From NCBI GenBank assembly GCA_017609885.1, contig JAFCDB010000006.1, positions 1-53,737 of the forward strand: a stretch of 53,737 bases of DNA, written 5' to 3'. The translations under genes were made by a program, and so were the position numbers. Shown one piece after another: positions 44,101 through 52,465 of this stretch (position 1 is the first letter of the stretch; every line of letters begins with the position of its first letter). The notes beneath the pieces were generated by a model that was not told where the DNA came from, did not search any database, and saw only the letters and a program-made list of their open reading frames with translations. Origin of the DNA: Candidatus Pacearchaeota archaeon (GTDB lineage Archaea > Nanobdellota > Nanobdellia > Pacearchaeales > GW2011-AR1).

Positions 44101-44657
44101 AACAGGTTTTGGTTGCGAAACGGGGCAAGGATTTTGTGATTTTAACAAGCGGTTCGAATTTGAAAGAAATTGTTGAGTTTAAAGGAGTTAATAGAAATAA
44201 GACAATTACAAATAACATTTATGAGGTTGCGGATATTTTTGGAATTGAAGCAGCAAAACAGTTGATTTCAAATGAGATTAAAAAAGTTCTTGAATCGCAG
44301 GGACTTGATATTGATAAGAGGCATATAAAACTTGTTTCGGACGAGATGACTGTTGATGGGGAAATTCGGGGGATTACGAGGATGGGAATTATTTCGAAAA
44401 AGAGCAGTATTCTTGCAAAAGCAAGTTTTGAAACTCCTGATAAACATTTTGTAAATGCAACAATTAAAGGAAGCAGAGATGAGTTGCTAAGTGTTATTGA
44501 AAATATAATTTTAAATCAACCAGTTCCAGTTGGGACAGGTTTGCCAGGATTGATGGTTAAGATAACAGGACCTTTGAGTAAGGAGCAGGGGAAGGGGGAG
44601 ATTAAGAAAGAAAAGAAAAAAATTGAGAAGAAGATTGTGAAAAAGAAGGGGAAATAA
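41175..44657 (+). CDS. rpoA: DNA-directed RNA polymerase subunit A, with A' and A'' encoded as one continuous 1160-aa ORF
   Basis: The A' part shows [16 protein letters not shown] and the bridge helix [22 protein letters not shown]. The A'' part follows directly in the same ORF: [32 protein letters not shown] and [13 protein letters not shown]. Confidence 0.93.
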   Translation: [1160 protein letters not shown]

Positions 44658-45470
44658 TTAATTTTCCTTTCCAAGTTGTTCCTCAAATTTCCCTTCAATT
44701 TTGTTTGTAATTATTTCATCGCGCTTAATAAATTTTTCTCCGTTTTTATGAATCCAAATTTCATCAAAGTGTTTTTTTTGGTGGAGCCAGAGTTTATTGT
44801 GATTGTCCAAATGCAGCAGTGGAACAAAAGCATCAATTTTTTCGTATTTTTTATTTCCTGAAATTTCACTGAATTTTATTTGTTCTTGCTTTTCAAAAAG
44901 CAATTTTATTTTTGCATGAATTTTTTTAACTCTGTCAGTTAAACTAATTGTTTTTTTTGGAATGAAGAATTTTGTCCTTTCAATTTGTTCTTTTTCAATT
45001 TGTTTTTTTATTTCCCTCCGCGTTTCTGTTTTTACTGCCTTATCTAATGCACTGATTAGTTCCTGCAAACTTATTTTTTTAAATCTTGGCAATGGAGTTC
45101 TTGGAAGAAGTTCAGGAATTTCATCCTGGTCAAATTCTTCAAGTGAAAGTTTTTCCTGAGTAATTTGTTTTTTTCTGTCAAATAAAATATCATCAAGATT
45201 TTTGATATATAAATTTAACAAAAGTTCTGATTTTAGTTTTAGCATTAGAGAGGCAATGAAAATTACTTTGCTGGTAAGGATAAAATTCGTTTCTTCAAGT
45301 TCTTTGATTTTTTCAAGATATTTATTTGCGAGGATTGAAAGATTGATATCCCAGGGGTCAAGCTGTTCTGTGTTTATCAAATCATAAATTACTTCCTGCC
45401 ATGAAAGTTTTTGGTTGAATACAAAATGATGGAACTGCTCCTGCCCGATTTTCTCGATTTTGTTTTCCAT
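44658..45470 (-). CDS. scpA: Segregation and condensation protein A (kleisin ScpA)
   Basis: LDPWDINLSILANKYLEKIKELEE is followed by ...ASLMLKLKSELLL. Confidence 0.75.
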   Translation of the reverse strand: MENKIEKIGQEQFHHFVFNQKLSWQEVIYDLINTEQLDPWDINLSILANKYLEKIKELEETNFILTSKVIFIASLMLKLKSELLLNLYIKNLDDILFDRKKQITQEKLSLEEFDQDEIPELLPRTPLPRFKKISLQELISALDKAVKTETRREIKKQIEKEQIERTKFFIPKKTISLTDRVKKIHAKIKLLFEKQEQIKFSEISGNKKYEKIDAFVPLLHLDNHNKLWLHQKKHFDEIWIHKNGEKFIKRDEIITNKIEGKFEEQLGKEN

Positions 45471-45745
45471 AATTTGAATAACCTAAAAGAGTTTATAAAA
45501 ATATAGATTTGATAACACAAATGCTTAAGTAGTCTTTTTGGGAGATGATTATATAAAGATGGCAGAATTGCCTCCGTCATTTTGGAAGAGTAACATCATA
45601 GAAAGATTTAAATAGTCTTTATACTTAAGTTTATTATCACCTCTTTTTCCCCATTAGAGGCAATTCAACACTCTATTTTGACGTTGGATTTCCTCTTCTC
45701 GGGGTTTCATGATAAATTTTCTCTCTAAACTTTTTAATGAATCTA

Positions 45746-46642
45746 TCACATCCTCTCCAAAGCATTAATCCTTTTTTCAATAGGAGGATGCGTACTGCTC
45801 AAACCACTTGCTTTCATCTTTAAAGGATCAGAGATAAATAACGGCGCTACAGCTTTGCTCACTTTTTTTGAGGGCTCGTGTTCGTTTTTTATTTTCTTCA
45901 AAGCTTCTATCAAACCAGTTGGTGTCCTTGTAAATTTAACAGCAGTTGCATCAGCACTATATTCTCTCTTACGAGAAATTGCCATCTGCACAAAATAAGT
46001 TACAATCGGAGCTAAAATTGCCAGCACAATTCCAATTATCATGAAAATCGCTTGTGCTTTATTGTCTCTATTTCTTCCTCCAGAAAACCACAAACTTCGC
46101 AGAAAAATTTGAGAAATAATTGCAATCATCCCAACAAGAACAGCAGTTAATGTCATGAATCTGATGTCATAATTTGCAATGTGTCCGAGTTCGTGGGCAA
46201 TCACTCCTTCTAATTCTCTTTTGTCAAGTTTTTCAATTGCTCCTTTTGTAACACAGACAACTGCGTGTTTTGGATCTCGTCCTGTTGCAAACGCGTTTAT
46301 TTGATTTCCAGGCATAACATAAACTTTTGGCATTGGAAGTCCTGAAGCAAGAGCCATTGATTCTACACTATGGTACAGCATTCTGTGTTTTTCATGGCTT
46401 GCAGGTTTTGCATTTACAGATACAAGTGCGATTTTGTCACTATTGTAAAACCCGAACCAAACATAAAAAACTGAAACTATAATTGCAACTATCATAATGA
46501 TTGTAAAATAATCTGGACCCATTGCCATTCCAATAACATATCCAAGGAGAACCATGACTATAATAATTCCTATTATTAAGAAAACAGAGTTTCTTTTGTT
46601 CTTTGCAATCTGGTCGTGGAAAACAATACGTGATTTTTCCAT
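45746..46642 (-). CDS. htpX: Zinc metalloprotease HtpX (M48 family)
   Basis: HELGHIANYD (HExxH) is embedded between TM helices. The C-terminus contains THPPIEKRI. Confidence 0.9.
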   Translation of the reverse strand: MEKSRIVFHDQIAKNKRNSVFLIIGIIIVMVLLGYVIGMAMGPDYFTIIMIVAIIVSVFYVWFGFYNSDKIALVSVNAKPASHEKHRMLYHSVESMALASGLPMPKVYVMPGNQINAFATGRDPKHAVVCVTKGAIEKLDKRELEGVIAHELGHIANYDIRFMTLTAVLVGMIAIISQIFLRSLWFSGGRNRDNKAQAIFMIIGIVLAILAPIVTYFVQMAISRKREYSADATAVKFTRTPTGLIEALKKIKNEHEPSKKVSKAVAPLFISDPLKMKASGLSSTHPPIEKRINALERM

Positions 46643-46708
46643 ATAATAATTAGATAGGCAAGATTTATAAAGTCTTTTCTAATTAGAAAATTGTCCGTCG
46701 GTGATTAT

Positions 46709-47125
46709 ATGATAAAAACAATTGATATGCAGGTTATGAGGTACATAAATTTATTTGCTCGAATTAGCCGTGTCGCTCCAAAACATTGTTTTTCCTATAA
46801 TAATATGATTGTTTTTGTTGTTCCGAAAGTGAAAGTGCAGCAGGCAATTGGAGATAACAGTGTTAATTTAAAAAAGATGAGCGAAACAATTGGGAAAAAA
46901 ATAAAAGTTGTTGCAATTCCTCATGGCTTAAAAGACGCAGAGAATTTTGTTTCAACAATTATTTCTCCGATTGAAATTAAAAATGTGGAAATTGATGGAA
47001 GTAATTTAATTATTAATGCAACCTCACAGTCAAAGGCGCTGCTTATTGGGCGGAATAAAAGGAGATTCGAAGAGATGCAGAAGATTGTAAAAAATTACTT
47101 TGGTAAAGAGCTAAAAATTTGCTAA
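46709..47125 (+). CDS. nusA: Archaeal NusA-like protein (two KH domains)
   Basis: IGDNSVNLKKMSETIGKKIKVVAI and LIGRNKRRFEEMQKIVKNYFG represent the two KH GxxG-type cores. ATG 46709 is preferred over the TTG at 46691. Confidence 0.8.
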   Translation: MIKTIDMQVMRYINLFARISRVAPKHCFSYNNMIVFVVPKVKVQQAIGDNSVNLKKMSETIGKKIKVVAIPHGLKDAENFVSTIISPIEIKNVEIDGSNLIINATSQSKALLIGRNKRRFEEMQKIVKNYFGKELKIC

Positions 47126-47162
47126 CCAAAAAAAATATATATGATTTATACTTCTATATTTT

Positions 47163-47720
47163 ATGGCTGATGAAGATAAAGAGGAAAAAGAACCAGAAGA
47201 TGAGCAAGATGAAGAAGAGGGAGACTTAGAAGAGGTTGTTGAAGAGGTTAACGAGGAAATTGAGCTGGAGAAGCTGAGTGATTTTTTAGATAGTGATGAG
47301 GGTGGGGAAATTGTGGAGATTGCACCTGAAAGTCAAGGGCAAATTGTTGAGAATGTTCCTTTGGAGCAGAGTGCAGGAGGATTTGTGGGCGTGAGGGGAG
47401 ATGATGAGGATAAAGGTGATATTAGTTATCGAGTTTCTGGTGAAGAGGAAGAAAATAAACTTTATGAAAATATTGGGCCGTCTGAAACAGAGAATATTGC
47501 CTTGTCAAGAGGAGAGTTGAATTCTGAAATAGAAACAAGAAATACTGGAGAAATTGTAAGGCAAGATATTTCTAATCCCTGGCAAAGAGGCGATGTTTCA
47601 GTTAATAGAAATGGGCAGGGTGAATTTAGAGATAAAACAAAATATGTAACTGGTGGGGAAGTTGAACAAGATAGAGAGAAGGGCTGGGAAAAGGAAAAGA
47701 GGAAGTATGAATTGAAATAA
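47163..47720 (+). CDS. Highly acidic hypothetical protein
   Basis: 185-aa ORF with a D/E-rich, low-complexity N-terminal half. Confidence 0.45.
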   Translation: MADEDKEEKEPEDEQDEEEGDLEEVVEEVNEEIELEKLSDFLDSDEGGEIVEIAPESQGQIVENVPLEQSAGGFVGVRGDDEDKGDISYRVSGEEEENKLYENIGPSETENIALSRGELNSEIETRNTGEIVRQDISNPWQRGDVSVNRNGQGEFRDKTKYVTGGEVEQDREKGWEKEKRKYELK

Positions 47721-48047
47721 ATATTTAGTTTTTTTGATTTTGGTGAGGGTGCTTTTGCCGGGGTCAAAAATCGCACTTTTTTCAACGATACATCAACCAG
47801 GCATTAAATTTTTTTCGATGCACCGACTGGGCATTGAAATCTCGAAGGTCTTGGTCTTTGATTCTTTCCTCCGCTTTTGCGAATATAATTAATTTCATTC
47901 TGCCTCTTTTTTAGTGTTTTATCGACGGTAAAAAGCATAGGATTTTAAATAGTCTAAAGACTGAATTTTTTCATGAAAGCAGAAATAATTAGGGCAAATC
48001 CAAAGCAGATTATTGAAGAGGTGACCACAAAAACAAAACGTAGACAC

Positions 48048-48986
48048 CTATTTTTTAAATTTTCTTTTTAAAATCCGATACTCTTTTATTAGCAGATTTA
48101 TTGTGGGTTTTAAATTATGCTTTCTTTCATATTCTTGCAAACTTCTATAATATTCCCTTACATTTTTCAAATTTATATTCACAGGAGGCATTTTATTCTT
48201 TATTAAAATATTATTTAACAACAATCTACCTACTCTTCCGTTTCCATCTGCAAAGGGGTGTATATTTTCAAATTGATTGTGAACAACTGCTGCAAGAATC
48301 AATGCAGGATATTTTTTCTTATTTTTATTGTACCATTTAATTAGTTCTTTTAATAATGAAACAACTCTTGATTGAGGTGCACCCACATGAACAATGTTTC
48401 CAAAACCATCTCTTACTGAAACTTCTTCTCCTCTTTTTCTAAAATTACCTGCAAAATTTTTTGAATTTTTAAACACTACCCTGTGAATTTCTAATATCAA
48501 ATTTAATGATAAGTGTTCTTTTGTTTTTCTGATATATTTAATTGCTTCATCAACACCATAAGCTTCTGCAATATCTTCTTTTGATTTCTTTGGCCATTTA
48601 TCTTTTTCTAAAAGTTGTTTTACTTCTTGTGTAGTAAGTTCACTTCCTTCAATAGCATTTGTACTATATGTAAATAATTCAGAAAATATTTCCCATTGCT
48701 TTTCAGATAAATGAAAAACTTTTAATTCCTCTTCTTTTTCTAAATTTTCAACAAATTCAATAATTCTCTTGGGAAGTTTAATTTTTAAGGGATCCTGGAT
48801 TATTGTATACAAACTGATTTCTTCTAAAATAAGTCTCTCGGCTTTTTCTTTTCGCTCTTTTAATGTAATATCATTTAAATCTGCTCCAAGATACTTTCTT
48901 GTTTTATGAATTTTCCCCCCTTCTCGAAAAGAATGTGCAAGATAATACTTTATTCTCTTTCCCTGTTTTCTTTTTTCAATATACAT
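48048..48986 (-). CDS. Fic/Fido-domain protein (putative AMPylase) with an internal inhibitory-helix motif
   Basis: The Fic motif is HPFADGNGRVGRLLLN (HPFx[D/E]GNGRxxR). The upstream TNAIEG fits the (S/T)xxxE(G/N) auto-inhibition motif. Confidence 0.9.
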   Translation of the reverse strand: MYIEKRKQGKRIKYYLAHSFREGGKIHKTRKYLGADLNDITLKERKEKAERLILEEISLYTIIQDPLKIKLPKRIIEFVENLEKEEELKVFHLSEKQWEIFSELFTYSTNAIEGSELTTQEVKQLLEKDKWPKKSKEDIAEAYGVDEAIKYIRKTKEHLSLNLILEIHRVVFKNSKNFAGNFRKRGEEVSVRDGFGNIVHVGAPQSRVVSLLKELIKWYNKNKKKYPALILAAVVHNQFENIHPFADGNGRVGRLLLNNILIKNKMPPVNINLKNVREYYRSLQEYERKHNLKPTINLLIKEYRILKRKFKK

Positions 48987-49173
48987 AATAATATATGGGT
49001 GTCTACATATTTAAACCTTTCTATTTTTTTGTCTACAAATTAGGGTTAGTGGACGTGTAAATATTATGGTATTGAAAGATACCAATACAAAAATAATCTC
49101 AGACCTTTTGTTAAATTTTAGACACCTTCAAAAATAAGATAAATTTATATATCTGTTTTGTTATTAATTTACA

Positions 49174-51054
49174 ATGGCAAACTATAGTTATTTTTATCCT
49201 GGAGGAAATTATGGATTAGATTCAGATAGTGGAGAGTTTATTGGGTATAGATTGCCTGGAGGGCAAATTGGAACTTCTTTGCGACCAGATACTGCTGCGC
49301 AAATTGTTGAGGCAAATACTAATTTAAGTCAGGGATTTAAACAAATTGAAATAGGGTCAATTAGTGGGCAGATTCAAGACCAAATTCCCAAACAGCATTT
49401 TAAAGAAATGGGAAGATTAAGTAAATTAACTGGTTCTAAAGTTTCAGTGCATGCCCCAATTCAAGATGTTGAAGCGTCAGGAATGAGGCAGAGTGAGGGT
49501 GGCGGAGGATATGATGAGATGTTTCAAAAAATTTCAGAACAGAAATTAAAAGATACAATTGACAAGGCACATATGATAGACCCAGAAAATCCAACTCCTG
49601 TAACAATGCATTCTGCAAACATGGCAGGAACTGAATTTGTTCGTGGGGAGAAAGGTGAATTTAAAGAAAGGCAGATTGTTGCTGTTGATCAAAGTACAGG
49701 ACAAATAAAAACGGTTTTCAAGGAGGAGGAGAGGTATTATCCTGAAACTGTTGCTGAAACAGGAGAATCATTAAAGAAAAGTCCTCAACAAATGTTAGAT
49801 AATGCAAATGCTTCTCAGTGGAGGAGTAAAATAGAAAATTTTGCCAGTTTAAATAAAAATACAGATGAAATTATTGGAAGAAGTTTAATTAAATTAGGTA
49901 ATGTTGTTGAAGCTCAGGAAAAAGGAGTCCAAATTCCTCTTGGGCCTGAAGAACAGATGGCTGTAAATCAATTAAATAAAGCAAAGGTTTTTGTTGAAAA
50001 TGCAGAATCTACTTTTAATATGATGTTTGAAGAAGCATACAAATATCAAGATGAGAATACTATAAAAGGTAAAGAAGCAAGAGAAAAATTGAAGAAACTT
50101 GCTAAAACATATTCAGAAGAAGTTAAGAAAATTTATGATAATGCCGAAAAGAAAGGTTACTTTATTGAAGTTGAGAAAGATGGAAAGAAAAACTTTGAGT
50201 TAAATCCTAATAAAGAATTTCTTTTTAATTATGAATCTGTTGGAGAGAAACAAAGGTTATTATCTGAATCTCTGCAGAAATTAAGTGCTATAAAATCCCC
50301 AGAAATCTTCAAAAAAGTTGAGGATTTTGCAATTAATAAATCTGCAGATACTTTTTCAAATGTTGCGCTGCATTCTTATAAAAAATATGGTAAGAATGCT
50401 CCAATTGTAAGTATTGAAAATATGTATACTGGAATGGCTTATGCAAATCCAAAGGATTTTATGGAATTGATTAAAAAAAGTAGAAATCAGTTTGTTGAAA
50501 AAGCTGTGAAAGATGGCATGAGTAAAAGTCAGGCAAAAAAAGCAGCTGAACAGGTTATTGGGATTACCTGGGATGTCGGACATTTGAATATGTTAAAGAA
50601 GCAGGGATTTAAAGAAGAAGATTTAATTAAGGCAACTAAACTTGTTGGGAAAGATGTTAAGCATGTTCATTTGAGTGATAATTTTGGATATGAAGATTCT
50701 CATCTTCCCATGGGTATGGGAAATGTTCCAACTAAAGAGCATTTGGAGGCGTTGGAAAAAGCAGGGGCGTTGAAAAAGGGCACGATGATGATTAATGAAA
50801 TTGGGGGTTTTGTAAATCAATTTAAGACAAGCCCTTTTCCTTATATGTTGGAGGCATTTGGTTCGCCAATTGTTGGGACTTCTGCTCCTTACTTTAGTCA
50901 GGAAGCTCCTGCACCATACTTCGCAGGTTATGGAACAATGCTTCCTGAACAACACTTCAGCATGTACGGAAGTGGATTTTCAACACTACCAACAGAACTC
51001 GGCGGGCAGGTGCAAGGAGGACAATCGAGATTTAGTGGGACACCAAATGCTTAA
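49174..51054 (+). CDS. Large protein with split xylose-isomerase-like / AP-endonuclease-2 TIM-barrel motifs and a long central insertion
   Basis: The N-terminal part has IEIGSISG and KVSVHAP. The C-terminal part has VKHVHLSDNFGYEDSHLPMGMGNVP. About 300 charged, helical residues lie between them, and the tail is low-complexity Gly/Ser/Pro. Confidence 0.55.
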   Translation: MANYSYFYPGGNYGLDSDSGEFIGYRLPGGQIGTSLRPDTAAQIVEANTNLSQGFKQIEIGSISGQIQDQIPKQHFKEMGRLSKLTGSKVSVHAPIQDVEASGMRQSEGGGGYDEMFQKISEQKLKDTIDKAHMIDPENPTPVTMHSANMAGTEFVRGEKGEFKERQIVAVDQSTGQIKTVFKEEERYYPETVAETGESLKKSPQQMLDNANASQWRSKIENFASLNKNTDEIIGRSLIKLGNVVEAQEKGVQIPLGPEEQMAVNQLNKAKVFVENAESTFNMMFEEAYKYQDENTIKGKEAREKLKKLAKTYSEEVKKIYDNAEKKGYFIEVEKDGKKNFELNPNKEFLFNYESVGEKQRLLSESLQKLSAIKSPEIFKKVEDFAINKSADTFSNVALHSYKKYGKNAPIVSIENMYTGMAYANPKDFMELIKKSRNQFVEKAVKDGMSKSQAKKAAEQVIGITWDVGHLNMLKKQGFKEEDLIKATKLVGKDVKHVHLSDNFGYEDSHLPMGMGNVPTKEHLEALEKAGALKKGTMMINEIGGFVNQFKTSPFPYMLEAFGSPIVGTSAPYFSQEAPAPYFAGYGTMLPEQHFSMYGSGFSTLPTELGGQVQGGQSRFSGTPNA

Positions 51055-51066
51055 TTTGGAGAATTT

Positions 51067-51329
51067 GGGGAAGGGGAGCAAAAAAATTCCCTTGGGCTCG
51101 GGACGAGTGATTTGATGAGTGGTGCGGGAGATTTGCAAAAGGAAAGAAAGGCGAGTCAGGTTACGAGATTTTTTGGGAAATAAGTTAATGCTGAAAATTC
51201 AATTATGATTTGTAGAATTGATTTTCTTGGGGTTGAATAAAGTTGTTTCTCATTAAAGATTGTTCCATAGATTTGCTGAATTCCCTGTGAGCTCCGCGAC
51301 CATGGAGCGGAAAAGCGAACTGCAATTCC
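51067..51329 (+). repeat. Family-B intergenic repeat, copy B3 (lacks the right terminal repeat)
   Basis: GGGAAATAAGTTAATGCTGAAAATT, AGTTGTTTCTC and GAGCTCCGCGACCATGGAGCGGAAAAGCGAACTGCAATTCC align with B1 and with the reverse complement of B2. It starts 13 nt after the stop at 51054. Confidence 0.6.
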
Positions 51330-51439
51330 TTTCTCAATTCAAAATAAAAGAAACAACAAACTGATTTTAATGTAACACAATGTTTATAAAATAAAATTAC
51401 TTGGTATTAGTAATAAAAAGATGTGAGATATGATACGTG

Positions 51440-51580
51440 ATGTTAGATTTATATGGAATAGGAGTAATAATAAGCGTAATAGTCGCGATTGTATTTGCAA
51501 TCAGGGAGGACAAGGACAAAATGTATGTTGCGTTAATAGTGCTTATTGCGATAATGCTGCTGAAATATATGGTTGGATAA
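51440..51580 (+). CDS. Possible 46-aa two-helix membrane protein, hand-called
   Basis: Translation is MLDLYGIGVIISVIVAIVFAIREDKDKMYVALIVLIAIMLLKYMVG. The antisense 65-aa track ORF is also low-complexity and less plausible. Confidence 0.3.
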   Translation: MLDLYGIGVIISVIVAIVFAIREDKDKMYVALIVLIAIMLLKYMVG

Positions 51581-51581
51581 A

Positions 51582-52439
51582 ATGGTGAAAACAAGTAAGA
51601 AAAATAATAGGAAGAAATCTGCGAAAAAAGTTTCTAAAAAAAATCAAATAAAAGCAAGAACTCTTAACTTGAAAACTGAGAAAGATATTGCGATGGATTT
51701 TGCGGTGAAAGTTTACAAGAAATTTGATAGGATGATTAAGGCGATTGTGCTTTTTGGTTCTTCAGTTAAGGGAAGGGTTGTTCCTGGAAGTGATGTTGAT
51801 TTAATTTTGATAATTGATGATGCTTCGATTCAGTGGGACCAGGAATTGATTGCGTGGTATCGTGAGGAGCTTGGGAAACTTGTTTCAGCAAATCCTTACA
51901 AGAGCGAGTTGCATATTACGACAACGCGTTTGACAACTTGGTGGAATGATATGTTAAAAGGGAATCCGATTGTGATGAATATTTTGAGACATGGCGAGGC
52001 ATTAGTTGATGTTGGGGGTTTTTTTAATCCGTTGAAATCTTTGTTGGCGCAGGGTTTGATTCGTTCAACTCCTGAGGCAATTTACACTGCGCTTCAACGA
52101 GCGCCGCAGCATTTTCGCAGGAGCCAGATGGCAGAGCTTGGGGCAATTGAAGGTTTGTATTGGGCAATGGTTGATTCTGCGCAGGCAGCTCTTATGGCTG
52201 CAAATGTAACACCTTCAAGTCCAGAACATATTTCAGGTTTGTTGAAGGAAACTTTTGTTGATCCTAAGATGTTGGATATGCATTATGCAACTGCGTTTAA
52301 TGATTTGTATGAAATTCATAAAGGAATTATGCATGGTTCAATTAGGGATTTGAAGGGCGGAGAGATTCAGCAGTGGCAGGAAGTAACTGAAGATTTTATT
52401 GGCAAGATGGCAGAGTTGGTTAATGAAGTTGTTGGTTAA
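51582..52439 (+). CDS. Nucleotidyltransferase-domain protein (Pol-beta/MNT superfamily) with a helical C-terminal domain
   Basis: AIVLFGSSVKGRVVPGSDVDLILII fits the GS...DxD motif. The N-terminus is basic. Confidence 0.7.
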   Translation: MVKTSKKNNRKKSAKKVSKKNQIKARTLNLKTEKDIAMDFAVKVYKKFDRMIKAIVLFGSSVKGRVVPGSDVDLILIIDDASIQWDQELIAWYREELGKLVSANPYKSELHITTTRLTTWWNDMLKGNPIVMNILRHGEALVDVGGFFNPLKSLLAQGLIRSTPEAIYTALQRAPQHFRRSQMAELGAIEGLYWAMVDSAQAALMAANVTPSSPEHISGLLKETFVDPKMLDMHYATAFNDLYEIHKGIMHGSIRDLKGGEIQQWQEVTEDFIGKMAELVNEVVG

Positions 52440-52465
52440 TTTTTAGAGGAATTTAAGTAAAATAA

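Noticed and set aside
8850-44657. Inteins or large insertions in EF-2, aIF5B, RpoB or RpoA
   Set aside because: All are at or below typical archaeal lengths. No Cys/Ser...His-Asn splice-junction blocks or homing-endonuclease motifs were seen.
45471-45745. The 275-bp spacer between scpA and htpX as a structured RNA gene (SRP RNA, RNase P or similar)
   Set aside because: It is AT-rich, with no extended complementary segments or conserved RNA motifs recognisable by eye. It is too short for RNase P. It more likely holds two divergent or convergent regulatory regions.
51582-52439. Calling the nucleotidyltransferase a fused MNT-HEPN toxin-antitoxin
   Set aside because: The NTase GS...DxD motif is clear, but I could not find a convincing Rx4-6H HEPN motif in the C-terminal helical part. 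The TA claim is left unmade.
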